From: Macrostomum lignano
Taxonomy: Eukaryota
DNA length: 64,000 nucleotides
Reading direction: 5' to 3'
Assembly: GCA_002269645.1 (NCBI GenBank)
Contig: NIVC01000667.1
Span: 1 to 64,000, forward strand
This document shows positions 1 to 12,668 of this stretch, piece by piece; position 1 is the first letter of the stretch; each line of letters opens with the position of its first letter. A program made the translations under genes and the position numbers. The notes under the pieces were generated by a model. That model was not told the origin of the DNA. It was given only the letters and a program-made list of their open reading frames with translations, and searched no databases.

Positions 1-135
1 TCTGCCTGTCTGACTGTCTGTCTGTCTGTCTGCCTGTCTGACTGTCTGTCTGTCTGTCTGTCTGTCTGACTGTCTGTCTGTCTGTCTGTCTCTGCTGCTG
101 ACTGTCTGTCTGACTGTCTGTCTGCCTGTCTGTGT
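1..135. repeat. (TCTG)n microsatellite, truncated by window start
   Basis: Near-pure tctg tetramer run. Confidence 0.95.
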
Positions 136-1045
136 CTGTGCACCTCACAATGCTGGTGTCTGGTTCTGTCCGCTCCAGTCTGTCACACTGCCTGTCAGCT
201 CCCACATTTCAATGACAATTCAATTTGCATAAATTTTATTATAACCAGTTTAAACAGTCTTTGAGTCTTTGATTCGTTTTTTGATCTTTTTCTAAGTGGC
301 AAAAGTTATAAGCGACTCAATTTATAATATCATGTACCTGTTCGCTATTTTATGCTTCAAATTTTATGTTCGGCAACATTAGAAGACCTTTAAACTCCCA
401 GTTATTGTAGTGTGAATGTTAAATAAAAGTTCAAGATTAGGAATCTCTTGTTGCTACAATGGAAACGTTCAAAACTTAATTCCGTCCTTAAACTTTATAG
501 ACACGTCTTTAAAGACACTTTTTAATTGATTCGTTTATCACTGAAGTACGACGCCTTAGTTACGGTTAACTGCTACAATTTCTTTAATTCTCTTTACTTT
601 TGCTACTGCGAAAGTGTAAATGTTGTTCGCGTAAGTTATGAATTTTTTATCAATTGAATCATTCTACTTTATAGCTTTACTACTTATCAGTAGCTTATAT
701 AAGTAGCAATTCATGTGTGTGTGCTGATGTTTCTATTTCGTCGAAAAGAGATCTTGTGTTTTCTTGTAGCTGTCTGAATACGGTTATTAATGATATAAAT
801 ATTTTTATAACACTCAGTTTGACTTCTGATTGAGATTTTTTGCGCATACTGTACCCACACTGGGCGACAACAGCATGCTTTCTTCTGATATATTCACACA
901 CACACACAACTGTGCAAAATATTACACACATTGCGAGTCCAAATTTTCCTAAATCAGAAAGTTGGATTCACGTCTGTGCTGAGAACCGCGACATCTTTTT
1001 CGATTTAAGGTTACAATTTTCTTTTATGATACGTAAACCATTAAA

Positions 1046-1672
1046 GCCAGCCTCTCAGACATCCAGTTGCTGGGTCACCAGCCTCCCAGATCCTCAGTTG
1101 CTGGGCTACCCTCTCAGATCCTTAGTTGCTGATCCAGCCTCCCAGATCCTCAGTTGCTGGGCTACCCTCTCAGATCCTCAGTTACTGGGCCAGCCTCTCA
1201 GATCCTCAGTTGCTGGGCCACCAGCCTCCCAGATCCTCAGTTGCTGGGCCACCAGCCTCCCAGATCCTCAGTTGCTGGGCTACCAGCCTCCCAGATCCTC
1301 AGTTGCTGGGCCACTAGCCTCCCAGATCCTCAGTTGCTGGGCTACCAGCCTCCCAGATCCTCAGTTGCTGGGCCACCAGCCTCTCAGATCCTCAGTTGCT
1401 GGACTACCAGCCTCCCAGATCCTCAGTTGCTGGCTACCAGCCTCCCAGATCCTCAGTTGCTGGACTACCAGCCTCCCAGATCCTCAGTTGCTGGGCCACC
1501 AGCCTCTCAGACCCTCAGTTGCTGGGCCAGCCTCCTAGATCCTCAGTTGCTGGGCCAGCCTCCCACAGTGTCAGTTGCTGGGCCACCAGCCTCCCAGAGT
1601 GTCATTTGCAGGGCCGGCCTCCCACATACTCAGTTGCTGGGCCACCAGCCTCCCAGATCCTCAGTTGCTGGG
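1046..1672. repeat. ~31-bp minisatellite (CCAGCCTCCCAGATCCTCAGTTGCTGGGCCA)
   Basis: About 20 tandem units of 28-31 bp; accounts for the repetitive ORFs 840-1740. Confidence 0.95.
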
Positions 1673-2436
1673 CTTTATCCCTTCCAGCTTACCTTCCAGT
1701 CTTACTTTACCCACACATGAATATTTGGATTTGTAATTAAAAGAGCAAATCAATTTCACTGTTTAATATTCAAATTTTATAAAACGCGATTTGATGAAGC
1801 TGAGGTCGAAGATCATTAACATCCATATTTATTCGATAAAGATTCGAAATGCAACGTCGGTGATCTACCAAATAATGGGATAGCATTCGAGCAAGGACTT
1901 GCAAATACTGATTGAGCTGTACATGTAACTCACAAGACGCGGCCAGTTATTAAGTGGAATAAAAGCAGAAATGTTGCAGAGAACAAAAATGTGCATTAGC
2001 AATTGCATTCAAGATTTCTCAGTCACTTGGCGCTAATATAAAGAGGAAATTTCTGTACAAAATAAACAATTTTGTGGAGTGAGTATGAGTTCAATGTGCA
2101 CCTGCAAAGTGAATAAATGTATATATAAGCTGTACATCATTATTTCGATACAAATAGAATAAGCGATCTACTAATCCTGGCAAAAAATGTCCGAATGAGA
2201 TTACTAATATACAAATACAAAGTTACAATGAATAGCAGAGGTACACAAAGGTATTTTTATAGATGCTACTACTAAAAGAAGCTGAAAATGCGGCTAGCAT
2301 AAACTTATCAAGCAGTGCTTATACAAATTTGTTCGTTGAAGATTCGCGCGCGACAGCAAAAAGAGTGCAAAATTGCAGATAAACTACTTATAGTAAGTAG
2401 GCTAGTAGCGCATTTTTACTACGAATTTATGTATAT

Positions 2437-4392
2437 CTACAAATGCGTAGCATTGGTTGCAACGCTGGAGTCCGTAGGTAGTTGAACTACACTGACAGCC
2501 TTGAGCAGCACTGGTTTGCCAGTCGGGCCGACTCCTGAAGGGTGACTTCGACCAACAGATGCCAACTGGTGCGGCTGTTGCTGCTGCTGCTGCTGCAAAC
2601 TTTTCAACTTCTGTTGCATATCGTAGACGCTGTACACCGCGTACTTTCCTCGACTGCGCCGTCTGGCGTAGAAGAAGGCCACTCCGGTGACGACGCCCAG
2701 CAGGAGAGCAATGCCTAGAACGACGCAGGAGAAGAGCAAAGGCAGCTCTGGTGGGTACGGCAGATGTCCGTAGCCGTAGCCGTAGCCGTTGGCGCTGTCC
2801 TTCTCATCGTAGCAGAAGACGGTGCCGAGTCGCGATCGTCGGTGAATCGGCGACGACGACTGGAGAGACGTCTCGAAGCTGCACACCAGCTCGCTGGCGT
2901 CGGCTCGAAGGCAGCAGTCGCTCGACTGGGCGTCCAGGCGAAGTGCCGTGCCGCGCTGGAACAACAGCCCAACCAGATCGTCGATGGTCGGCCGTTGGCC
3001 TCTCCGACGAAGTCGCTCCATTGACGCGGCAGCGGCGTCGCCCTCGATGCGAATGGAGGCTGAGTGCAGGTGCTGCAGCCGTCTGATGGTCACAGAGGCC
3101 AACAAGTTTTCCGGCAGTTCGGACAGGTTCAAGTGCACTAGCCGAGGATTGCCGCTAATGTCCAGGTGAACCGATCGGTTATTGCCGTCGCTGTTTCTTA
3201 GAAACCTGTCAACCAGTTCGGCTGCTGCCGCCAAATTTGGCAACCAATTGTCGGCCAGAGACAGACGAAATCGACGACTGCTCAAATCCAAAGCGGCCGA
3301 TGGGTCAAACAGGCGAAAGCGAGTCAGCAGTGTTGACAGCTCGGCGTCACCGCCCCACAGTCCGGACAAGTCGAGAAGCTCGGACACGTAGATTTGCGAC
3401 AAAGTCTCGGACTCTGACGCTTTGAGCAGGTTGGAATTTTCGGCCAAATCTAAGCCAGAGAATCTCTGTCCAGCCAGCCTGTCCAACGCTTTCGGGCTGA
3501 GCTGATTGCGCCTCAACAGCAGGGTGGGCGATCCCGTGACCACAGCTCGGCAGACGCTTCCAGGCCGGAAGAAGACGTTCGGCAGGTCTACCAGTCGGTT
3601 TCCGCTCAGATCCGTTCGTCTAGCATTGAAGGTTACATTGGCCAGAGTGCGCAGGCGGTTGTCGCTGAAATCGATTGTGTCGCTGACGGCCAGCTGCGAG
3701 CTGCTGCCGGCCACGCCAACAAGATCGACGCCGTCTCTGGACACCAGGCCAGTCACGTAGATGCTGTTGAATCGTTTACTAGCGCAACTGTTCGCCCGGT
3801 GACTGGTGATACTGGCTGGTAGTTGATTTTCGTTCACCAGTTTCCAGCCAGTTATAGAGAATGTCTCCACTCGGAGGCTGTACATGTAGTCGGTGGCCTC
3901 GGTCAGGTCAAGCGGCTCAGAGACTGCGGTACCGTTGGCTGTGAGCATTCGGATGCTAATGAGCAGCTCGTCGGATGATGCAGTTTGAGCAGGTTGGAAC
4001 AATCGACCAGGCAGTGGCGCCAACTGCGTGCCACCAATGTCCAACTCGCCGATGTACAGTCCGTCCATGCGCTTGCCGGAAGCAACATCAACGCTGAAGC
4101 TGGTCAATTGTGGATTTCCGGACAAGTTCAGTAGAGCAATGTTTACCTGACGCCAGTCGAAGTTCGGACTTCGCGTAGTTGTAGCAGCGCCGTCAGTGAG
4201 ATCTTCGGAGTGAAAGATCAGAAGCAGGCGTCCCACTAGGCCTTGGTTGGATAGATCAATGTTGGTGACATTGTGCGGATAGACTGGTATGGAAGCTCCA
4301 GCGCCGGTTAGACCGCTGTCGATGGAGACTGACAGGACAGGTAGAAGCCGCAATAGAAACAACAGCAGTGGGGAGAACGCTTTGACCGTCAT
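2437..4392 (-). CDS. Intronless leucine-rich-repeat type I single-pass membrane protein (651 aa)
   Basis: Signal peptide MTVKAFSPLLLFLLRLLPVLSVS; LRR motifs IDLSNQGL, LNLSGNPQL, IDFSDNRLRTL, TDLSGNRLVDL, LDLAENSNL, LSLADNWLPNL, LDISGNPRL; TM LLFSCVVLGIALLLGVVTGVAFFYA followed by RRRSR; short tail with poly-Q, no TIR domain, ending ATHL (class I PDZ-ligand-like). Confidence 0.88.
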   Translation of the reverse strand: MTVKAFSPLLLFLLRLLPVLSVSIDSGLTGAGASIPVYPHNVTNIDLSNQGLVGRLLLIFHSEDLTDGAATTTRSPNFDWRQVNIALLNLSGNPQLTSFSVDVASGKRMDGLYIGELDIGGTQLAPLPGRLFQPAQTASSDELLISIRMLTANGTAVSEPLDLTEATDYMYSLRVETFSITGWKLVNENQLPASITSHRANSCASKRFNSIYVTGLVSRDGVDLVGVAGSSSQLAVSDTIDFSDNRLRTLANVTFNARRTDLSGNRLVDLPNVFFRPGSVCRAVVTGSPTLLLRRNQLSPKALDRLAGQRFSGLDLAENSNLLKASESETLSQIYVSELLDLSGLWGGDAELSTLLTRFRLFDPSAALDLSSRRFRLSLADNWLPNLAAAAELVDRFLRNSDGNNRSVHLDISGNPRLVHLNLSELPENLLASVTIRRLQHLHSASIRIEGDAAAASMERLRRRGQRPTIDDLVGLLFQRGTALRLDAQSSDCCLRADASELVCSFETSLQSSSPIHRRSRLGTVFCYDEKDSANGYGYGYGHLPYPPELPLLFSCVVLGIALLLGVVTGVAFFYARRRSRGKYAVYSVYDMQQKLKSLQQQQQQQPHQLASVGRSHPSGVGPTGKPVLLKAVSVVQLPTDSSVATNATHL

Positions 4393-4509
4393 GATTCGAT
4401 GATGTTTCTGTTAAATAAAAATAAGACAAAAATCCAGGGTTCAATATACTAGCAATAGTCTTAGTGAAAGAAGAGATTCTGCAGGAAGTGGAGTCATCCG
4501 CATGGCGGG

Positions 4510-4590
4510 TTTATATAGTGGCCACGTCATTCCCTACTCGGGCAATCAACTTTCCCCGAGGCAGGTCTGCCGCGGCGGTCCCGATTGGAG
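4510..4590 (-). promoter_or_regulatory. Core promoter of the LRR gene: TATA box with upstream CRE/G-box-like and CCAAT motifs
   Basis: Minus strand CTATATAAA (4518-4510), TGACGTGG (~4522-4529) and CCAATC (~4580-4585), about 120 bp upstream of the ATG. Confidence 0.55.
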
Positions 4591-7500
4591 GGGCCTAAAT
4601 TTGGGATTCCTGAATCATCGCCTAATCTTGGCAGCCGTTCGGGAGGAGCTGCGATGGGGCTACGGCAACTCTCTCCCTGTCTGTTCTTTGGTTTCTCTTC
4701 CTTTAGTACGCGTGCCCCCCGTGAGTCATACTCTCCACAATCTCCCCGCCTCCCCCCCCCTATCCACGGGCGAGCGGAATTAGAAAGGGAATTCTTCGGG
4801 ATTCCCCTTTCGTCTAGATCCCTCCCCATATTTACTGGATTTGGGTTGGGATCGGGTTGGAGTTAGAGGAAGTGACCTTGAGAAGCGGGATAAAAATAGT
4901 TCCTGCAAGCTATATGTTGTGTAGAGAGATGAAGAAGGAAAGCCAGACTTCTCCCCCCCTAGGGTGTACTTTCTCTAGACAATTTGCCAACCTTTATAGC
5001 CAGTTTCTATGCCTCATCCTTTCCTATCCTACATCTATTCGCATTGCGTTTATGCAACTTTGTAATCTAGTAGTAGAAGTTTTCAGCAATTCGCCCCATA
5101 AATCAATGTCTGCAACGACTGGAGAGGCATTTGAAGCCGTTGCGCTAATTCCAACAACAAACCGACAACAGTTGAAGAAAGAAAAGAGATGGGAACTTCG
5201 AAAATTAGTTTCCACTTCAATTTTGGTTATAGATACTAAGTCTCTAAGTCTAACGCCCACGCAAAAAAAAGGATCCGGATTTGGGAAGTTTTTTGTATAC
5301 CGTTTTTTATACGGATCTCCCTTCGTGACTTTAAGCAAGTACTTTTCCCCGAGAAATGAGTCAACCCCTCGACTAATAATACGGCACACTTCACTAGTAC
5401 ACTGTATTCAACTTCCTATATATTCTCTTATACATTTACCAATCCTACCATAGTGTGCAATCAGTTTGCCTGCTACGAAAGTAAAATATGAAACATAATT
5501 GTAACTAAAATTAATACAATTCTGCGAAGTTATAGTAACATGTACTGGTACTAATTCAATTAGGGCTAGCGGTGAAGGGGACGCTATAAACTTGAACTAT
5601 AGACATAGTCCATAATTATATGTCAAATAGTGTTACATGTTGTGCATTAAAAAAATCGACGCAAATTATTTGCCAAAAAATAAGTACTGACCTATAAAAT
5701 CTGTCATGAAAATTGCTTGGGCCGTAACCAGAAAAATAATATATTACGCTTATATTGATATTTCTAATCAAATCATTTTGTCTTCTTGACTTTGATATAT
5801 TTTGATGCGCATTTGAACACAATTATTGCTCGCTAATTGCTGCCTCGCAAGATATTGCCTTTAGCTTGAGCGAGACGAGGCCCATGCAAAAAACACAAGT
5901 CAGTCACTGCGATGGTTTTATAAAAAGCTTTTTCGTATGGTGTGTCAATCGATAGACTAATTTACTGATAAGGAATAGAACAAAGGATGTACATTCCCCC
6001 CAGCGAGGTGGGGTGGGGTGGGGTTCGGACGGGGGCCGGGGTAGAGGGGGAACAAATGTACAGTCTCCCGACGCGTTTATCGATTAACTGAACCGACTGG
6101 GGTTCTAAGAAAGTTAAAGCCACACTGTGCATGTGTTCACATGTACGTTGTAAAGAACCGCTGATAGAAAGTACTCATACGAAAAGCTATAGTATAGTTT
6201 AACAACCAAGTATTTTTTCGGGCTGACCATGAAAGCTGTGTGGCCAGGTCAGGTGATTTGACATTTGAAGACTAATTTATTGTGGCGGTGTGAGCATGCA
6301 TTGAAGGGATTACTGACTCTCGAGTCTATACGATGTGATATGAATAGCATCATCAACGTAAACAAAGCAACGGGGTATGGCCGAAATTCTTACCAAAAAA
6401 AACGAATGGACGGGTGTCAGATCAACAGATCTCCTGCTTCTCAGCTGAAAGCGACACAGACGGCGAATACAACAATCTCCGAGCAATTAAGCTTGCTTTT
6501 TATGATTATTGCAAGAGCTTATAAGTTGTTCTTCTGTCCTTCTTTTGTACGCAGGAATCGAGACGGCTTACTGCGACTTGTATTTATACTATATAGAGCA
6601 GCGAACGTGCCTCAACTTTAAACTTCTAACTCGAGATACACATTTTTTAACGTTTCTTCTTGCTCCAACGGCTTTCTATGGCTCTTTTTACGTTGTGAAT
6701 TGCCGATTGGTTGACTGTCGCTGAAGGCGCCAAACTTGGTTGGTGCTCCCCCCCTAAATAAAAATTGTGCGCACAATGCCGCAGTGATCTATTCTTGGCT
6801 ACAGAGGGGTGTAGGGGTTGTTGCTTTTTGCTTTTAATGCTTTCCAAGAAGGTAAAAGCTAGAGAGTTATGGACATTTTTGGGCATGATGCTAAAAATAG
6901 CTAGGTTATAATTGCATGGATTTTACGAAAACAACGCGCGTTTTTACGGTTGAAAATTATGAATTTATGAATTAACTGCATCACGAGTCAATAAGCACCA
7001 ATATTGGTCATGTTAATGGCTAGCTTGCCGGGTGGTCCTACGGCCGACTTATAATATCAACAGTTGCATATGCAACTCTTGTTGACATGACATCTGATTC
7101 GATGCTTGTTATCACAACAGCTGGTTAATCTTGCCGCTATGACAAGAAATAAAGTTGAATATAGCTTTGTCAGTTTGCGTACAGCCCCAGGGTAAAGAGG
7201 TCGAATTCGTTCAGACTTCAATAACTACTAGTTTTAAATGGTTTTCACAGGTCTGAACAATTGTCAAACACAACTTCAAACGCAGCCGTGCAGAAAAAAT
7301 GCTTGAAAAATGAACAATAGTTAGATATACAGCTCCGGCGAGAGAAAGGCGACGTTTAAATAGAGAAAAATGTGCGAGATTGAATTCTTGCAGTTACAAC
7401 TGACTGGGCTGCGTGTGTGGCTGCATGCTTATTAGATAGCTTTATGAGCTTTGAGAACGAATTTGTTTCCTGAGGCTAACCTTGTGAATTTTTTCTCTAT

Positions 7501-8122
7501 CTGTATTCCAGGCATTCCAGGAATTCCAAGCTCGATTGGCAGATAACTATAGCTCGCCGGCTTAGACTTGAGTTGACGCTCTCACAAACGCATTGCATTT
7601 AGCCGTGATGCTGCAGGAGAGAGAGAAGAGAGGAGAGAGAGGAGAGGAGAGTCTGCAGACACACACGCGTACTGCATGAAAGCAATGTGCACTCAGACTC
7701 AAATTTGAATTGCTTTTCCTGAGCAATGCGGCTACCCTTGCAAGTGCAGTACTATAGCTAAAAACATGAGAGTCTAGCTCTCTTCACTATGCAGTTCGCA
7801 CCAATCCAACAGTTATATCTACCTACCGCATGAAATAACAAACACTGCAGGAATTCCATTCCTATGTGTTTTTTTTAACAAGTTTCCGAATTCTTTATAT
7901 TGTTTTCATTCGTTCGACTGTAAAATATACTTAGTTTTCCTGTCTTTTAAACGTTTTTAATGGTGTTGTTAAAAACGGACTCAGAATAGCTGGTAATGGT
8001 ATTTCCGAATGAAAGACAAGTTTTTATTGCTTTAACATTTTCCTGCTCCGCCAGCAAACTTCATACGTAGAATCGGAAAAGACGTCTTTACCGAAAGTTA
8101 GTGTGAATTGAGGACCTGATGA

Positions 8123-8760
8123 TCTAGTCTAATCTAATCTAATCTAATCTAATTCAGTCTAATCTAATCTAATCTAATCTAATCTAATCTAATCTAATCT
8201 AATCTAATCTAATCTAATTTAGTCTAATCTAATCTAATCTCATCTCATCTAATCTAATCTAATCTAGTCTAATCTAATCTAAAATAATCTAACCTAATCT
8301 AATCTGATCTCATCTTATTTAATCTAATCTAATCTAATCTAATCTAATCTAATCTAATCTGATCTAATCTAATCTAATCTAATCTAATCTAATCTAATCT
8401 AATCTAATCCGATTTGATCTGATCTGATCTAATCTAATCTAATCTAATCTAATCTAATCTAATCTAATCTAATCTTATCTAATCCGATTTGATCTGATCT
8501 GATCTAATCTAATCTAATCTAATCTAATCTAATCTAATCTAATCTAAACTAATCTAATCTAATCTAACCTAATCTAGTCTAATCTAATCTAAAATAATCT
8601 AACCTAATCTAATCTAATCTAATTTAGTACTCTAATCTAATCTAATCTGATCTCATCTGATCTAATCTAATCTAATCTAATCTAATCTAATATTATCTAA
8701 TCTAACCTAATCTTATCTTATCTAATCTAATATCTAATATAGTTTAATCTAATCTAATCT
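8123..8760. repeat. (AATCT)n pentanucleotide satellite
   Basis: Long aatct run with degenerate units. Confidence 0.95.
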
Positions 8761-9377
8761 TTAGTTGAATCTTATGTAATACTATCCTTATTTACTCCTG
8801 AATAATTTAATGTCATCTAACAAGCGTAAAATGCCAGAGAATGAATAAAATTGCGTCACAAATATCTAAGCATTTTTAGAGGTCTACCCAGTCGCGGTGT
8901 TGTTGCAAAAATTTACATGTAGATGATTCCGTTGAATTACTCACACTTAGATTTTAACACAAATATGGGCAACGGTACCTTTTTTGTAACCTAACTATAA
9001 CGAAACTTCAATAGCTATGGGTTAATTTCAGTTCAAGTCGCGGGAAAAAAGTTGCTACTAAACCTCTCAAACTTTTTCTCGATGCCAACAAAATGAAACC
9101 AACTACCTATAGCTACACCTATGGTCTCAAGCCTAATCGCTTCGCAATTAATGCATTCTTTCGTATAACTACACACTAGCCTAGGCTATTGATATTAGCA
9201 ATTATAATAACAGTTTGCAACAGCTAGGCCCCGCCGTTAACTGTCGAATAAATTAATATTGCTTGTTATTGAAACATAAAGTATAATTTGTTAATCTTAA
9301 CTGCCTTGGATGCAATTAGTTAGCATCAAACGCCGCGTGCTGCTGCGTGGGCGTGATTATTAAACTACAGTTCTCTC

Positions 9378-9391
9378 GTTTCCATGACAAC
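9378..9391. promoter_or_regulatory. RFX X-box-like motif GTTTCCATGACAAC
   Basis: 14/14 match to RYYNYYWWRRNRAC; preceded by ACTACAGTTCTC (ACTACAnnTCCC-like) and a CpG-rich patch. Confidence 0.4.
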
Positions 9392-9654
9392 GTATTGGCG
9401 TTGTGTAGTTCAACAAAAATGCGCTGGTAAAGTTCAAGGTGCGAACGGCACGGTTTGCACGACTAATTTTGAAATTATAGGCAAGCACGTTATGTTTTTA
9501 CTGACGTTCATCAATTCACCTGTTTATCAATTAGCTAATCAAGAAATGTTCAGGAAAAATGCAGTTGTTATTGTTGCATTTTGCCTGTTAATGATTGCTT
9601 GCTAGAATAGACATCTATCTTAGACAAAACAGAACAAATAGGAATCATGGATGA

Positions 9655-9968
9655 GGGTTGTATGTAGCCTAGCGGTTAGAGCGTCGGACTCCCGACTTGA
9701 AGGTCTGGGGTTCGATTCTCGACCAACTCGGAACAATGTGTCCTTGAGCAAGACACTTAACTCTGCATTGCTTCAGTTCACCCAGCTGTAAATGGATACC
9801 AGTGTTAGCTGGGGTAATTGAGGGTGTGTGTGGCGACCCCCAGTCCTTGGACTGAACAGCCGTACGCAGCCTTCAGATGCACCGCGCAATAGCTGCGGCT
9901 GAGCTGTCGGTTGCACATCTGCCCACTAGGGCAGTTGTTATCAATTATTATTAATATTATTATTCATT
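9655..9968 (+). mobile_element. tRNA-derived CORE-type SINE, full length
   Basis: A box TAGCCTAGCGG (9665), B box GGTTCGATTC (9709), CORE-like GTGTCCTTGAGCAAGACACTTAACTCT...CAGCTGTAAATGG, 3' stem-loop, (TTA)n tail; TSD ATGGATGA at 9647-9654 and 9969-9976. Confidence 0.88.
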
Positions 9969-11127
9969 ATGGATGAAGGAATATGTTGTATCATGGATTG
10001 CTCATCAGAGAAATGTCTGCGGCACTGACCCCACTACAATCTTGGGATGTCCCCCCGCTACAATTACTGAGTGAGTCTGTAAATACCCCACCCTACATCA
10101 CCACCCACCCCACCCCACTTACCCCACATCAACTTGATTGGTTTTAGCTTCAACGCGAGTATAGAAATGTTTTGTCATAAAAAGCAAATGTATACCGCCA
10201 AACTGGAGCTACAGCTCGATTGTCTATGGTAAATAGGGATATCGAATCATACAAATCGACACTTCTTTTAGTTCTATTTATATTTATTCGGACAACTTGG
10301 TGCTAAGAATCTGAAAACTTCCCAATCTCGCTGATGGGTCTTGGAAGAAACAAGCATAGAGATTTATTAGCAAAAATGGGTGTGTGGGCGTGAAAAAAGC
10401 GCTACAGTAGCTGGTTATATGAAAAACATCTGTTCAGCTACAGGCGCAGGGAGCTACAGGGACCGTTGCACCTGCGGTCGCAACTATAGCGAGACCACTA
10501 TACTTAATGCACTTGCGACGTGTAATTATGAAGCTTCCCACAGAGAGAGTAAACTTTGCTTCTAAACACTGTTGCAGGGGCACAGCTGCTTGAGTCTGTG
10601 GTTGCCTTCGTTTTCTTGTCTTTTTAATATAAATGCAATAAATGTGTTTACGGGTGCGCCCAGAATCTACGAGTCCATTCACACGCTGCAGTGATGGGTT
10701 TACAAAGTTTTCTTTTGCAAGCTTAATGTCTTAATGGGCTAATTTGAGTTTGAGAACTGCCTTAGAAGAAATTGATTAATGATAGAATTGTAGTTAGGTA
10801 TATTTAGGTAAGATTGAGCATCACAACTGAATGGTGTACAGGTATATTCAACTGTAGCTTAAAATAAATTCTTTAACATACTACTCTGCTTGATAAGTAG
10901 TTTAATTCGAAAATGAAAAACTTTTTATTATTAAATTTGTTGAACCTTGCCGTAGGATTCCATGAAATCCGCGAGATTAATATATTTCTTGACTTTCATA
11001 CGTTGACTGTATACGTTGTAAAAGCCGAGAATCTGGGACAATGTAAATGAAGTATATTTAGCATTATTGATCAACAGTATTCAATTCATAAATTGTCAGC
11101 GATAGAATAAAAAAAAGACTCAACCCA

Positions 11128-11230
11128 AGAGGGGCAGATGCTAAAATGTACAGAGCCATATCACGTACAAAGACCACGTGACCGAATAAAGGAATAAAAG
11201 ACTGGATCATCGGTTCGACAGCATCTTACA
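11128..11230 (+). mobile_element. Possible shortened LTR remnant with polypurine tract
   Basis: Purine tract AAGAGGGGCAGA, then TG...AATAAAGGAATAAA...GCATCTTACA; ends are imperfect inverted repeats (AGATGC/GCATCT). Confidence 0.3.
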
Positions 11231-11299
11231 CCGTCCGTGCTTTATAGCCTGGTGCGTCAGCATCACTCGGTCGCCGATCTTGAACTTGATCCTGTCAGC

Positions 11300-11740
11300 T
11301 CCTCGGTTATGGAACTCGTGCTGTGACCTCTGAGCGGCGTCCAGGTGCGCTAGCACCACCTGGAAGCCCCGCCAGATTCGCGCATAGCTGTTGTAGGCCT
11401 ACAAGACATAGGGCAGCAGGGCGTCCCCAGCCGGTCTGATTCTCCGAGCAGAGGGCCGAAAGCATGTTGCCAAGCGTCGTCTTGAATCTCTCAACGTTAT
11501 CGTTGCCGCTCGTCGCTCGAGGGAAAAAGTGAGGTCTGCGACTACACGACCTAGGGAACACCATGCCGCAGCACGACGCTGGTCACTAGGGCTCCGGCTA
11601 CTGTCTTGGCGTCGATTTGGCTGAGTGCCGCAGTCTCCACCCACTTTGAAAACATATCGATGAAGCAGAGAATGTACATGTAGCTCTTGCCTGACTCGGT
11701 GACTGGCAGAGGACCCTTGATGTCGGGCTGCACAACAGCT
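11300..11740 (-). pseudogene. Degenerate Ty3/Gypsy retrotransposon integrase core fragment
   Basis: DIKGPLPVTESGKSYMYILCFIDMFSKWVETAALSQIDAKTVAGALVTSVVLRHGVP, then frameshifted NVERFKTTLGNMLSALCSENQTGW (rve D..D..E core); broken frames. Confidence 0.85.
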
Positions 11741-12070
11741 CAGGGCCTCGACAGCAGCGGATGCCGCACCAAAAATGCATAGATTCAATGATTCTGACCA
11801 ATATATGCCAGTTAGCATAATTTAATCCCAGTGAAAAAACCCACTGACGTATATGAAGTTAACTAGCCGGATGCTTGCTAGGCGGATGTTTGTCTGACTA
11901 CGTAATTTTTTAACCGGCAGCAATTCAGTGAGCAAATAGGAGCATCAGAGTTTTTTAACCAGTCGCTTCCCCTAATGAAATAGCCCAGGAATGGAAAACT
12001 CCGACCATCGGGTCGTTTGAAACTTCACAATAGCAATCCTGCTCCCTCAGGATTTTATCTCTTCTCAGCT

Positions 12071-12668
12071 CCCTCCTCTCCTCTCCTCTCCTCTCCTCTC
12101 CTCTCCTCTCCTCTCCTCTCCTCTCCTCTCCTCTTCTCTCTATTCTCTCCTCTCCTCTCCTCTCCTCTCCTCTCCTCTCCTCTCCTCTCCTCTCCTCTCC
12201 TCTCCTCTTCTCTCTATTCTCTCCTCTCCTCTCCTCTCCTCTCCTCTCCTCTTCTCTCTATTCTCTCCTCTCCTCTCCTCTCCTCTCCTCTCCTCTCCTC
12301 TCCTCTCCTCTCCTCTCCTCTCCTCTCCTCTCCTCTCCTCTCCTCTCCTCTCCTCTCCTCTTCTCTCTATTCTCTCCTCTCCTCTCCTCTCCTCTCCTCT
12401 CCTCTCCTCTCCTTTCCTCTCCTTTCCTCTCCTCTCCTCTCCTCTCCTCTCCTCTCCTCTCCTCTCCGCTCCTCTCCTCTCCTCTCCTCTCCTCTCCTCT
12501 CCTCTCTTCTCCTCTCCTTTCCTCTCCTCTCCTCTCCTCTCCTCTCCTCTCTTCTCCTCTCCTCTCCTCTCCTCTCCTCTCCTCTCCTCTCTTCTCCTCT
12601 CCTCTCCTCTCCTCTCCTCTCCTCTCCTCTCCTCTCCTCTCCTCTCCTCTCCTCTCCTCTCCTCTCCC
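12071..12668. repeat. (TCTCC)n pentanucleotide satellite
   Basis: Pure pyrimidine run; source of the spurious LLSSP and GEERR ORFs. Confidence 0.95.

Noticed and set aside
4502-5453. ORFs 4502-4783, 4585-4866, 4857-5453 and antisense partners
   Set aside because: No recognisable domain; overlapping on both strands in promoter or intergenic DNA.
9655-9730. tRNA gene
   Set aside because: A and B boxes are present but there is no proper cloverleaf or acceptor stem; it continues into CORE and tail with a TSD, so it is a SINE head.
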